Virus record (IMG/VR): IMGVR_UViG_3300042560_001229
Span: 1-64,000 of that record
Strand: one strand, 5' to 3'
Source: a virus
DNA: 64,000 nucleotides
Below the pieces are notes generated by a model. The model was not told the origin of the DNA. It made no database searches and saw only the letters and a program-made list of their open reading frames with translations. Both the position numbers and the translations under genes were made by a program. Shown here one piece after another: positions 28,738-38,885 of the stretch (its first letter is position 1; the number at the start of each line of letters is the position of its first letter).

Positions 28738-31700
28738 GTGCCCTGCTCCCACCCGCACCATCGTCTGTCATCCAGCAGGGTGTTCTCCCTACTGAGGAAG
28801 TCCCATGCTCCCGAGGGGGGCTGGAACGCTGCGAACTACCACGGAGTCCACGCGGAGCGGCTGGTGCAGGATTTCATCAAAGTCCACAAGACCGCACAGG
28901 CGAGAGGCATCCGCTCGCTGACGGAGTATCTCAAGGCGAAGTTCAAGGAGTTGGTGAACATCGTCATTCAGGAAGTCACGGAGCGGAAGATTCGGCTCGG
29001 TCAGACGAAGGGTCTTGCAACTGTTGCAAAAGCACTGGAGTTCACGGTGAATCCTGCCGGTGACAGCAATCTGTGGATGGAGGCCATTGCCGGTGCGATG
29101 CGGGACTACGATAAGGAAGTGATCGTGGAGATGCTGCCTCGGATGCAGAGCGTAGCCTCCGAAGTGTTTGGCAAGACCACGGTGCTGCTCGGCGGTGAGG
29201 TAGGGAAGGACGCTGCGAACATTGTCCATGCTGAGATGAAAGACTTGGCCAAGCTGGTCACGCGCATCAATGAAACGACGCGCAACCAGATGGCGACGAT
29301 CATCCGAGAAGGCATCGAAGCCGGTGACTCTGTGAGCGGGGTGGCACAACGGCTGCGGGATGCCCTTCCGCAAAAGCTGTGGCCGCGCATTCCCACCATT
29401 GCCCGCACGGAGATGGGCAGGGCTGCGGACAAGGGCAGTGCGCTGGCCATGATGAAGTCCGGTGTGGTGAAGACGGTCATGGTCATCGGCTGCAAGGCCA
29501 TTGAGCCGGGGATTCCCACTTATCATGGGGTGCCGACTTGCAACATCGAACACGTCCCGGTTGAGGACGCCGCGCTGCTGCAATTCCACATCAATCACAC
29601 CGGGACGATTGTGCCGGAGTCGTTCTTCGATGATGACCGCGCACCCGCCTCCCTACCACCTTTGGATTCACCGGCAGATGAGTTGAAGCTGGCGCGTGGT
29701 GCGGAGGGCAGTTTGTCTTCAAGGCCGATTGAATTTGCCGGTGCGGAGGAGGCTGAGTTTCTGGCCAAGGAGTTGGCCGAGGATAACATCCTCATTCAGC
29801 CCACCGCGTTGAAGGCCATGCAAAGTGGCTTCGGCATGTCGCCGGTCGCGCTGAGAAATGCCTTGATGGAGGATGCGGTGCCCAAGGATGGCTACCTTCC
29901 GGCGAAGATGATTATGACCCAGCAGGAGAAGGGTCTGTGGAGCATCCTGTCCAAGATTTGCCCGGTGAAACCCGGCAAGGCCGAAGGCGATGATGGATGC
30001 AACACTTTGGCGATGGTCTATGACCTAAATGAGAAAGCGGTCGGGCAGGGCATCCACACCATGCACGAAACGATAAAGGCCAAGGCTGTTGGCAAGCAGG
30101 CGTTAGCCAACCATTTGGCCACGATGGATTCGCTCGGCATCAAGAAGATGAGTCTGGAGGCAAACATTGACAAAGGCGGGTTTGCATGGGCGCGTTACGG
30201 ATTCGTGCCCACCGACCCGAACGGGCTGGCTGGGCAGTTGCTCAAGAAATACACGAGCGCGGTATTCGACTCCCTGCCTAAAGCCGATGCTAGTCATGTG
30301 TTGGGTCTTATCTCCCGGCTGACGATGGGTGATGCCAAGGCGGTGTGGGAGATCGCCGCTTTGAAAATGACCGGCCCCGGTGGGATGGGAATTGGCGATT
30401 GGTTGTTGCGCGGAACCAAGTGGCAGGCGCAACTCGATCTGACGGACAAGGTGGCCTACAAAATGTTCAAGAAGTATGTGACTGACAAGGGAGTGGCCTC
30501 TGCTGGTGTTGCGCTGCCGCCGAAGATTCTTCCTGCAATGGTGCCCAAGCCGCTGAGTGCCCCGGTAGTCTCTGCGGCACCCATCAGCATGTCCGGGGTG
30601 CAGTTCCCGACCATTGCGGAATTGAAGGATACAGGCACGCGCATCGGCGGAACTACTGGTGCCCGACTCATGGTGGACTCCAAGGGCAAGCGGTGGGTGC
30701 TCAAGGATGGCCGTGGGGCTGTTGGAACCATCACGGAGGAAGTTCACGCTGACAATGCTTACCGGGCGATGGGCGTGAATGTGCCGAACAGTATCCTGAT
30801 GACCGAGGGTGGAGTGACGGTCAAAATCTCCGAGTTCATGGAGGGAGGGGTGACGCTGAACGACTACGCGCTCTCGGCCAGCAAGGGAGACATCGCGGCG
30901 ATGTATGCCAAGATCAGGAAGGGCTTTGCCGCTGATGCGCTGCTGGGAAATTGGGACGTGATTGGCATGGACGCTGATAACATCCTCATTGTGAAAGGCG
31001 TCCCCTATCGGATTGATAACGGTGGGTCGCTGCGCTACCGGGCGCAGGGTTCCCTCAAGGGAGCCGCGTGGAATGAGCATCCGGTGGAGTTGTGGACGAT
31101 GCGTGGCGAACGCTTCTCATCTGGTGCCGCTGCACAGGCCAAGAAGGTGTTCGGTGAAATCGGGGACAAGGCGGAACTGACCATTTATGATCTGGCACGG
31201 CAGATTGATGCCATTGATCGCAAGGCGTTGCTGGAGTCGCTGCCCGAGGAGTTGCGGGACACGGTGGGCAAGCGTCTGACCTCCCTAAAGTCCATCGCAA
31301 GAAAGGCCAAGGATTACGAAAAGGATGACTGGAATCATGGCAATACTGACCGTGTGACCTTTGGCATAATGGAGTTGCGAGAGGCAGGTATATCGAAGAA
31401 GCTGGAGAAAACACTGGATTTTGCTAAGAGCAGGGGTGTTAGACGCGCTAGCTGGGAGATGACGGATGACGCAGGCAAGTCGTTTGGTGGTCTGCGGGAC
31501 AAAGGTGGTGCCGGTCAGGAGTTTTGGGATTTGCTGAGAAAGAAGCATGGGCCGGAGGGCGTGGATGTCTTGCGTGCGTGGCACAATGCACAGGCTGGTG
31601 GTTCGTGGAGTCCTGAGTCCGTTGGCTTGAAACATTGGCTCACTAATCAGAGGCACGCCATCGCCGGGAAAGTTGAACGCTATTGGGGTCGTGGGAATAT

Positions 31701-32235
31701 AACCACGGAGATGGCCGAGAACCGATGGAAGGATATGTGCAAGGTCGCCGGTATCAGCACGGACGAGGCTGGCAAGGTGTTCTCCTTCTATCATGCCTTT
31801 GTGCAAGAGCAGCTTGGGGTCATTGATCTGCCAAACAACGACCGGGCGCGTAGGGTGGTGAGGCTGCTACGGACTGAGGAAGCCAGCACGTTATCGGCTG
31901 CAAAAATATCCGTTGGGGACAAGAACCGGCCTCTGCGCCGTGGTAAGAATGAGTCTTCCTCGCTGGTGCATCCCACCACACCCGCTGGCAATGAACTGAC
32001 CGTTCAAGTTGTTCCGCATACCCGAGTGACTGGTTCGTATCTCGGAGGAAATCAAAGCGGTGGCAGTTCTTTTCTTGGTGATGAGGAAAATGAGTTCACC
32101 TTCATCCCTGACAAGATTCCGGTTAGTTATTTAGGGACGGTGCGTTATGATGATACCAAGTGGGACGGTGATTTTGGCCGGGAAGCTACGGATTGGGGAC
32201 TCAGCCTCGACCATCTGGCCCATCTTAACGATTGA
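28738..32235 (+). CDS. polyvalent MuF minor head protein (MuF + GNAT-like + PI3/4K/HipA-like kinase + ART-like)
   Basis: RINETTR..IARTEMGRA; LEANIDKGGFAWARYGF; LLGNWDVIG..DN..RIDNGGSLRYRAQG; LLRTE..ESSS..EENE. Confidence 0.75.
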   Translation: MPCSHPHHRLSSSRVFSLLRKSHAPEGGWNAANYHGVHAERLVQDFIKVHKTAQARGIRSLTEYLKAKFKELVNIVIQEVTERKIRLGQTKGLATVAKALEFTVNPAGDSNLWMEAIAGAMRDYDKEVIVEMLPRMQSVASEVFGKTTVLLGGEVGKDAANIVHAEMKDLAKLVTRINETTRNQMATIIREGIEAGDSVSGVAQRLRDALPQKLWPRIPTIARTEMGRAADKGSALAMMKSGVVKTVMVIGCKAIEPGIPTYHGVPTCNIEHVPVEDAALLQFHINHTGTIVPESFFDDDRAPASLPPLDSPADELKLARGAEGSLSSRPIEFAGAEEAEFLAKELAEDNILIQPTALKAMQSGFGMSPVALRNALMEDAVPKDGYLPAKMIMTQQEKGLWSILSKICPVKPGKAEGDDGCNTLAMVYDLNEKAVGQGIHTMHETIKAKAVGKQALANHLATMDSLGIKKMSLEANIDKGGFAWARYGFVPTDPNGLAGQLLKKYTSAVFDSLPKADASHVLGLISRLTMGDAKAVWEIAALKMTGPGGMGIGDWLLRGTKWQAQLDLTDKVAYKMFKKYVTDKGVASAGVALPPKILPAMVPKPLSAPVVSAAPISMSGVQFPTIAELKDTGTRIGGTTGARLMVDSKGKRWVLKDGRGAVGTITEEVHADNAYRAMGVNVPNSILMTEGGVTVKISEFMEGGVTLNDYALSASKGDIAAMYAKIRKGFAADALLGNWDVIGMDADNILIVKGVPYRIDNGGSLRYRAQGSLKGAAWNEHPVELWTMRGERFSSGAAAQAKKVFGEIGDKAELTIYDLARQIDAIDRKALLESLPEELRDTVGKRLTSLKSIARKAKDYEKDDWNHGNTDRVTFGIMELREAGISKKLEKTLDFAKSRGVRRASWEMTDDAGKSFGGLRDKGGAGQEFWDLLRKKHGPEGVDVLRAWHNAQAGGSWSPESVGLKHWLTNQRHAIAGKVERYWGRGNITTEMAENRWKDMCKVAGISTDEAGKVFSFYHAFVQEQLGVIDLPNNDRARRVVRLLRTEEASTLSAAKISVGDKNRPLRRGKNESSSLVHPTTPAGNELTVQVVPHTRVTGSYLGGNQSGGSSFLGDEENEFTFIPDKIPVSYLGTVRYDDTKWDGDFGREATDWGLSLDHLAHLND

Positions 32236-32251
32236 CGATTAAACGGTTCTA

Positions 32252-32677
32252 GTGTATGGTTTGACCTATATGGATATTACCAAAGTGACTGCTGACGAAG
32301 AAGGGCTGGTTGTCGAAAGTGACATCGGCCAGATGCTCATTGGAGGAAAACGCTACTTCTTGGAGGCAGGAGTTACGATGCTGTTTATCACGAAAGGCCC
32401 GCCCGAACCGAAGGTGGTTGTTCCTAGTGTGGATGGAAGTTCGTCGGTTGTCCTGTCGGGGACGACCGACCCGCAGTTGGTGTGCCTTGCCCGCAGGGGA
32501 TGGTCTGCACACCAGATGGTGCCTATGCCTGACGAGTTTCCGGTGCCAACGGTGGGTGAGTCCACGGCTGAACTGGCCAGCGGACAGGACGTGAATGGTG
32601 AACCGTGGCCGGTGCCGCGACTGCCCGCTGTTCCATTGGAGGAAGCACTGGCTGCGGCCAAGAAGGAGGGCAACTGA
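32252..32677 (+). CDS. hypothetical protein downstream of MuF (possible partner/immunity)
   Basis: Position only; start uncertain. Confidence 0.55.
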   Translation: MYGLTYMDITKVTADEEGLVVESDIGQMLIGGKRYFLEAGVTMLFITKGPPEPKVVVPSVDGSSSVVLSGTTDPQLVCLARRGWSAHQMVPMPDEFPVPTVGESTAELASGQDVNGEPWPVPRLPAVPLEEALAAAKKEGN

Positions 32678-32678
32678 A

Positions 32679-33071
32679 ATGTGGGTAGCCTCGAAATACG
32701 GTTTCTTCTCCATCGTGAAAAAGGACGGCGGCTGGCACATCCGCGCTCGCAAGGCGGCGGATTTGAAACTGTTGCAAAAAGCCGTGGGCAGCACGTTCGC
32801 CGGGGAGAAGATTCACCTGACCCCGGATGCCGACTACTGCGCCCGCATCTTCATCACCGACCATTCGGACGGTCGCGGTGCGGTGCAGATTGACCGCATC
32901 ATGTCCGCGCTGGGTGAGTCCGTGGACTACGGAAACTTCAAGAGCATGATCGCTGAGACTCCCGACCAGCAGGATAAGTTGCCCGCCTACCATCGCATGT
33001 GGAGTGCAATGTTTGACTTCCAGATGAGCATGGCATCGCGTAAGGTCAGGACATGGCTGAAAAGAATCTGA
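32679..33071 (+). CDS. conserved phage hypothetical protein
   Basis: MW.ASKYGFFSIV..IRAR..ADY..DYGNFK. Confidence 0.75.
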   Translation: MWVASKYGFFSIVKKDGGWHIRARKAADLKLLQKAVGSTFAGEKIHLTPDADYCARIFITDHSDGRGAVQIDRIMSALGESVDYGNFKSMIAETPDQQDKLPAYHRMWSAMFDFQMSMASRKVRTWLKRI

Positions 33072-33283
33072 CCGCAGGCCCGTATGCCCTCGACCCCGAA
33101 GGGCAGAAGATTGATGCGTTCTTTCACGAGGCGATGCTGGAATCGAAAAGTGGCACGCTGGCCTCGGACTACGCGGCGATTCAGCAGGGCATGGCGAACG
33201 GACTCTCCCTAGCCCTCGCGGTGCGCTATTACGCTTCTCCGGTCACGAAGGAATGGCTGACTGTGAAGGGCGTAAAGTTTTGA
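33053..33283 (+). CDS. hypothetical protein
   Basis: 76-aa ORF. Confidence 0.55.
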   Translation: MAEKNLTAGPYALDPEGQKIDAFFHEAMLESKSGTLASDYAAIQQGMANGLSLALAVRYYASPVTKEWLTVKGVKF

Positions 33284-33342
33284 GTTGACGAGTTTCAGAA
33301 TGTGCCGCAGTCTCGCGTTGCTCAACCAACCAACTACTTTTT

Positions 33343-33699
33343 ATGGCCAACGAAATTACGGTATCACTGCAATTCAACGTATCGAAGAACGGAGCCTCGG
33401 TAACGGCGTCACCTTCCATCACGCAAACCATGTCTGGAAATCAGATGATTTCCAACGTGCAGGCGGTTGGCACATCCAACGAAGCCCTGTTGCTTGGCGA
33501 CGTTGTGCCTACTGGCTGGATGTTCGTCAAGAATCTGGACAGCACGAATTTTGTGGAAGTGTTCCTCGACAATGCCAATGCCGAGCTTGCGGCCAAGCTG
33601 CTGCCCGGTGAGTTCTGCCTGCTCAAGCCCGGTGCGGCCATCTACGCTCGTGCCGACACTGCCGGTTGTGATTGTCAGGTCATCGCCATTGAGTTGTAA
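33343..33699 (+). CDS. probable virion protein (paralog of 21544)
   Basis: MANEIT..GW..KNLDSTNF..GEF. Confidence 0.75.
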   Translation: MANEITVSLQFNVSKNGASVTASPSITQTMSGNQMISNVQAVGTSNEALLLGDVVPTGWMFVKNLDSTNFVEVFLDNANAELAAKLLPGEFCLLKPGAAIYARADTAGCDCQVIAIEL

Positions 33700-33729
33700 G
33701 CCGTTCTGCAACTGTTGCAAAAATCCACC

Positions 33730-34026
33730 ATGAACTTCGTTCAATGCAGATTCGTCGGTAAGCCCTCATGTGTGGGCAGGCATGGGATGCTGGAGTTCGG
33801 TGACGTGGTGACGCTCAGTGCGAAGGAGTTCCTGTCTGCCAAGCGCGGCCCGAGCGCGGACGATTGGGAGAGGCTGCGGGATGTTGACAAGCCACAGGCT
33901 CCCATTCGCGCTTCCGAGGCGGTGAAGGTCGTGGAGACGCAGCCCGACCCCGAAGTGCTGCACGAGAAGGCACCGGAGGTTGAGCTTCCGACCAAGGTGG
34001 AGACGCGCAGGAAGCACCGGAAGTAA
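33730..34026 (+). CDS. hypothetical protein (N-terminus resembles 44149)
   Basis: FVGKP..GRHG..GD vs YIGAP..ARHG..GD. Confidence 0.6.
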   Translation: MNFVQCRFVGKPSCVGRHGMLEFGDVVTLSAKEFLSAKRGPSADDWERLRDVDKPQAPIRASEAVKVVETQPDPEVLHEKAPEVELPTKVETRRKHRK

Positions 34027-34032
34027 GCTGCC

Positions 34033-35496
34033 ATGCGACGGCTGATCGTCCGCAAAGCCCATCCCGGTGACGGGGCCAGCAGTGCCTACTACCAGACCGA
34101 TGGGCCGATTCCCCGGATAGTGGTCGTTAAGGCGAACCCGAATCACGACCCTGCTACTGGCCGGTTCACGTCGGCTGGTGGAGGAGGCGGTGGTGGTGGT
34201 TCAGCGAATGAGCGGACTCGTGATCGTATTGAAGGGACACAGGCCGAAGCTGATCGTGAAGTAGCCAAGGCCGGTGCCGTGGTTAAACGGATTCGTGGCA
34301 AGCTGGATGCAGTGAAGGCACGGCGAGACGCGCTGGACACTCCACCCTCTATCGTCAGTCAGCTTACGGCGGCGTTGAGCAGCGCCACTGCCAAGCGCAA
34401 GGCACTGGAAGCTGAGGGTGAGAAGATCAATGCGCGACTCGCCGCACTCAAGGCCCAGCTTGCCGCCTTGAAGAAATCCCTTGGTGATGATTTTGACCAG
34501 TTGCTTACGGATGCGATGGCATGGCGTATGGGGTGCGAGTCACTGGAGAGCTACTTGTCCGAACTGCTGACTACGAAGGCTCCAAGGCTGGTCGTTTTCA
34601 AAGCAGGGAACCCGAATCACGACCCGGTTACTGGCCGTTTTACGTCTGCCGGTGGTGGCGGGTATCTCCACGCCACGACTCGCGGTGCGGACGGCAAGCT
34701 GACGATGAGCGACGGCTCTCCCCTACCTTCCCACATCGCTGCATTGAAGATTCCGCCGAAGTGGGCTGATGTCGAAGTGAACAAAGACCCGGCTGGTGGG
34801 TTGCTGGCACAGGGCAAGGATGCCAAGGGCAGGGTGCAGAGTGTTTATGGTGAGAGCTTCATTGCGAAGAAGGCGGCGCAGAAGTTCGCCCGCAACACCG
34901 AACTGATGGCCAAGGAATCCAAGGTCGTTTCGCAGATTAACGACAATCTCAAGAGCAGTGATGCCAAGACGAGGGAGAATGCTGCCGCGATGAAGGTCAT
35001 TCACTCCACCGGCATCCGACCCGGCAGTGACAATGACACCGGGGCCAAGGTGCAGGCCTACGGAGCCACGACGCTGGAGGGCAGGCATGTCGTGGTCAAC
35101 GGGGAGAAGGTCAGATTGAAGTTCACCGGCAAGAAAGGCGTGGCCTTGGACATCCCGGTGGATGACCCGGTTGCCGCCAAGATTCTGCGGGAGCGCAAGG
35201 AGGCAGCGGGCAAGAAGGGAAAGATTTTCCAAACCAACGATGGCTCCCTACGCGAGTATAGTCACACGCTCGGCGGTGGCAGTTTCAAGCCCAAGGATTT
35301 CCGCACGCTCAAGGGCACGAACGAGGCACTGGCGATGGTTGGCAAGATGAAGGCACCCAAAGGAGAGAGTGCCTACAAGAAAGCGGTCAAGGCGGTGGCC
35401 ACTCACGTAGCCAATAAGCTGGGCAACACAGCGACCGTGGCGTTGCAGAGCTACATCAATCCCGTTGTGTTTTCGCATTGGAGGGAAGCAAAATGA
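34033..35496 (+). CDS. DNA topoisomerase IB with repeat-containing N-terminal extension
   Basis: IPPKW, GKDAKGRVQ..Y, GIRPG, YGATTL, FTGKKG, KDFRT, LGNT..SYI catalytic pentad R-K-R-N-Y. Confidence 0.9.
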   Translation: MRRLIVRKAHPGDGASSAYYQTDGPIPRIVVVKANPNHDPATGRFTSAGGGGGGGGSANERTRDRIEGTQAEADREVAKAGAVVKRIRGKLDAVKARRDALDTPPSIVSQLTAALSSATAKRKALEAEGEKINARLAALKAQLAALKKSLGDDFDQLLTDAMAWRMGCESLESYLSELLTTKAPRLVVFKAGNPNHDPVTGRFTSAGGGGYLHATTRGADGKLTMSDGSPLPSHIAALKIPPKWADVEVNKDPAGGLLAQGKDAKGRVQSVYGESFIAKKAAQKFARNTELMAKESKVVSQINDNLKSSDAKTRENAAAMKVIHSTGIRPGSDNDTGAKVQAYGATTLEGRHVVVNGEKVRLKFTGKKGVALDIPVDDPVAAKILRERKEAAGKKGKIFQTNDGSLREYSHTLGGGSFKPKDFRTLKGTNEALAMVGKMKAPKGESAYKKAVKAVATHVANKLGNTATVALQSYINPVVFSHWREAK

Positions 35497-35657
35497 GCGA
35501 ACCATTGTTACCGTCTGACCCGCATTTCGGCTACGCGGACAAGCCGCTTCCAGACTGGCGTAATGAACTGGACGAACCCGACCCCGATGACGAGGAGTTG
35601 GAGGAGACGCCTGCCGATGTCATTCTGATTTTGGGTTTCGACCCGAAAGACCTTTAG
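35493..35657 (+). CDS. small acidic protein (54 aa, not in ORF track)
   Basis: MSEP..DPDDEELEETPADVILILGFDPKDL; ATGA-coupled to Topo IB. Confidence 0.65.
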   Translation: MSEPLLPSDPHFGYADKPLPDWRNELDEPDPDDEELEETPADVILILGFDPKDL

Positions 35658-35712
35658 TTTCTCGTTGACTTGCGACGGGGCGGTGGGAAAGATTCGGCAA
35701 TAAACCGGAGCC

Positions 35713-36711
35713 ATGCCAAAACTACTCAAGCGCAACGCCAACAGACCGACGCATCTCCCTACTCCGGTTCTGGAGCCGCACGCACACTACAAGAACGTGT
35801 GTCCTGTGTGTCTCGTGACCAGCCAGTGCCGCTGCACATCCTCGTATAAGCGTATGAGCACCCACGTCTGCGCGACGTGCGTGAAGGAGATTGGCAGTCG
35901 TCCGGTGGACTTGTCCCTCCTGCCTCAGCCGCAGAAATCCGCCCACGCCCTCATGGGTAAGATGGTGACGTTTGAAGTGGATGGTGTTCGCATCGTGGGC
36001 CGCGTGGAGAAGCAAGTCAGTGCCGACAACTTTTCGATGAAGCTGGCCATGCCCGATGTGGATGGGATGCTGATTCTCACGGACAGCGAAATCGTCCATC
36101 CCGTCTCCGGTCTGGAGGAGGTAAGTGCCGTGGCCAACGCCAAGAAGATGCGCGTGTTCGAGGACACCGTGCCGTTTGAAATCGAACGCGGGAAGATGCA
36201 GACCATTCGTGATTCGGACAAGGCGATCATGGATTATCAGGACGTGGTGATTGCCGGGTTCGCCTCCACGTTCAAGTCGGTGACGCCCGCTGATCGTGAC
36301 GGGGACTACGTTCTGGAGAAGGCGTTCGACAAAACACTCATGGAGTTCCGCAAGAACCCGGTGATGCTCATTGACCATCAGAATCGGGTGGACTCGCTGG
36401 TGGGTTCCTACTCGAAGATTGGCACGTCCGAGAGTGGCCTCGCGGTAGAGGGCCGGTTGAGCAACGCACCGGAGGTTCGCCGCGTGCGCTTCCTCGTAGC
36501 CGAGGGCCACTTGAAGGCGTTCAGCATCGGCGGCTTCTTCCTCTACGAGTCAGACGGCAAGGGCATCGGTGAAGTGAAGCTCTACGAGATTTCGCTCATC
36601 CCGATTCCGGCCAACCCCGATTCCCTTTTCCACACGCGCTCGCTTGGCATGGGTGATGTCGTGAAGTGCTGGAACAACCACCGCAAGCATCTGCGGGCTT
36701 GGATTCGCTAA
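35713..36711 (+). CDS. HK97-family prohead protease with Cys-rich N-terminal extension
   Basis: IAGFAST..DRDGD..MLIDH..FSIGG..LYEISLIPIPANP. Confidence 0.9.
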   Translation: MPKLLKRNANRPTHLPTPVLEPHAHYKNVCPVCLVTSQCRCTSSYKRMSTHVCATCVKEIGSRPVDLSLLPQPQKSAHALMGKMVTFEVDGVRIVGRVEKQVSADNFSMKLAMPDVDGMLILTDSEIVHPVSGLEEVSAVANAKKMRVFEDTVPFEIERGKMQTIRDSDKAIMDYQDVVIAGFASTFKSVTPADRDGDYVLEKAFDKTLMEFRKNPVMLIDHQNRVDSLVGSYSKIGTSESGLAVEGRLSNAPEVRRVRFLVAEGHLKAFSIGGFFLYESDGKGIGEVKLYEISLIPIPANPDSLFHTRSLGMGDVVKCWNNHRKHLRAWIR

Positions 36712-36717
36712 CGTCCT

Positions 36718-37536
36718 ATGGCCGAAGTCGTTTTTAACCGCGTTGATTTTCATGTGCTGGTGTCGGAGAAACCGACATCGGCCCTTCGTATCAGCTACAC
36801 GAATAACAACCCCGCGCCCATGCCGGTGCTGGTGCAGGGTGACAAGGTGAGCGTGCGGGTGTTCCCTTACGTGCTGACTTCCGCTGGGGCGTTGGAGACA
36901 TGCAATTTCGCCACCGGCTCGGTGGTGACTATCGGGGCGCTCGCCGCCAGTCCGATTGGCACTGATGAGTTGTTTGACAGCGGGACGTTTGCGATTGGGA
37001 CGCCGGGTGCCGATGGGTTGCAGTTCTACGAAGCCACGGTGGGCATGAATACGGTGCCGATTGATACGCTGCTCGCCGGGGAGACGGAGGCGGAAATTCT
37101 GGTGAACATCCAAGTGGAGGATTTGGCTGGGGTGGCGGCTACGAAGCGCAAGACCATTGCCTACTTCGCGGCGACGTTGAAGGCGGATGTGCTATCCGAG
37201 GCCAGTGACCCCACACTCAGCACGGTGACGAAGTGGCCTGCGACGTTCTCAGTCATTTCTGCCAACGGCACGACGATGGTGGCAGGAGGGCGCTACGCAC
37301 TGGACACCACTGCCGGTGCGCTGAGTATCACACTCCCTACTTCTCCGGCGATAGGGGCGACGATTGAATTGTTTGACGCGCAGGGGACATGGGGCACGAA
37401 CAATGGCACGCTGATTCGCGGGGTGACTTCGCTGGAGGATATTGAAGACACTGCGGCGAGCCTGACCTTGAATGTCTCCGGTGCCCGCCTCATCCTCGAA
37501 TACGTGAGCGGCGCAAAAGGCTGGAGGGTGAACTAA
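36718..37536 (+). CDS. tail fibre/baseplate-associated protein
   Basis: C-terminal YALDTTAGALSITLPTSPAIG..LEYV..GW domain. Confidence 0.65.
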   Translation: MAEVVFNRVDFHVLVSEKPTSALRISYTNNNPAPMPVLVQGDKVSVRVFPYVLTSAGALETCNFATGSVVTIGALAASPIGTDELFDSGTFAIGTPGADGLQFYEATVGMNTVPIDTLLAGETEAEILVNIQVEDLAGVAATKRKTIAYFAATLKADVLSEASDPTLSTVTKWPATFSVISANGTTMVAGGRYALDTTAGALSITLPTSPAIGATIELFDAQGTWGTNNGTLIRGVTSLEDIEDTAASLTLNVSGARLILEYVSGAKGWRVN

Positions 37537-37541
37537 ACTTT

Positions 37542-38885
37542 ATGGCTCTACTATCCGACCTTTTAGCGACTCAGCAGAGTAACGCTCTGAAAGTTAATAC
37601 CGTGGACGTTGTGGACAGCACGGCGCGTCTTGAGTTGACCACGGCAACCGTTCGCGCCGGAGATTTCGTCCGTGAAGTTGGCCGCGCTGAAATCGCTAAA
37701 CTAACGTGCCTCGGGAGCACTTACACAGCGGGAGTCGCGGAAACCACGGAAATCACCTGTAACGGACAGGGAAGCCCCACGCTGGCAGGCACTTGCTTCT
37801 ACCTCAGCACGCCGACGGAAGTTGTGTATGTCTGGTTCAGCGTTAACGGCGACGGCTCGGACCCTGGGGCGGCTGATCGCGGCATTGAAGTTCAAATCGG
37901 AATGTCGGAAACCGCGAACGGTGTCGCGGCGGCTGTGCAAGCAGCCGTTGACTTGGATGCCGCGTTTTCCGCAACGGTGTCCGGCAATGTCGTCACAGTG
38001 GTCAACGCCGTCGCTGGTCTGACCCTGTTTGGCAGCATGGACGAAGATACAGGCTTCACAATTACCAATCCAGTGATCGGCGCGGACGCCACGCACACTC
38101 TGCAAGACAAGTTGCTCACCCTCCGTAACGGCGCGGGAACGGGCATTTCAGTAGGTTTTTCGCTCGCGGGCAATGTCGGCAACATCGCCGTAACGCTGCC
38201 CCCGTCCACGCAGACCGCCGCACAGATCGCCGCGCTCACGCAAGCCGCGATTCACGCGCACGCAGACTTCAACGCCGTTCAAGGAACCGGGGGAGCAACG
38301 GCGGAAGTCACCGTTACGAACGCCGCCCCCGGAATGACTGCGAACGCAAGCGCGGGAGACACAGGCTTCACAGTAACTACGCTCACGGAAGGCGTATCTG
38401 TTGGCCCCATATCTGTTCTGGTGGATGAAGCTCTGATTGCCAGCGAGACTGGATGGCGTAGCGATCTTCCTCAGTGTTTGGCGTGGATTCGTCATGCAAC
38501 GTCCAACCAAACCATCGCGGCCAGTGTAGCGTCTAAGATATTATTCGGCGCTGGAGAACAGCTTGGTTGTCCTCACTACGATTCGGTTGAGAGTTGTTTC
38601 ACCGTGCCCCGGACAGGGAAGTATCGTGTTACCCTCTACGCCAACACCGGGAATGCGACCGCCTCCAGAACAGACCTTCGCGTTTATGTGAACGATGCCC
38701 GCGCAACCGACAACGAGTGGCGCATTGAAAGACCCGCCAGAGCAAATGACGTGATGATCGGCGGTTCCATCGTTTGTCAATTCACTGCTGGCGACAGGCT
38801 GACTTTTTTCGTATGGCCGGAATCGGGGACGTTGACTCTTTATTCAGGAGTGAAGACTTACGCGCTTATTGAAAGACTGCTATGA
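37542..38885 (+). CDS. tail fibre/receptor-binding protein with internal duplication and C1q-like C-terminus
   Basis: Two TA..AA..QAA..F.A..VTV.NA..G..DTGFT repeats; FTVPRTGKY. Confidence 0.7.
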   Translation: MALLSDLLATQQSNALKVNTVDVVDSTARLELTTATVRAGDFVREVGRAEIAKLTCLGSTYTAGVAETTEITCNGQGSPTLAGTCFYLSTPTEVVYVWFSVNGDGSDPGAADRGIEVQIGMSETANGVAAAVQAAVDLDAAFSATVSGNVVTVVNAVAGLTLFGSMDEDTGFTITNPVIGADATHTLQDKLLTLRNGAGTGISVGFSLAGNVGNIAVTLPPSTQTAAQIAALTQAAIHAHADFNAVQGTGGATAEVTVTNAAPGMTANASAGDTGFTVTTLTEGVSVGPISVLVDEALIASETGWRSDLPQCLAWIRHATSNQTIAASVASKILFGAGEQLGCPHYDSVESCFTVPRTGKYRVTLYANTGNATASRTDLRVYVNDARATDNEWRIERPARANDVMIGGSIVCQFTAGDRLTFFVWPESGTLTLYSGVKTYALIERLL

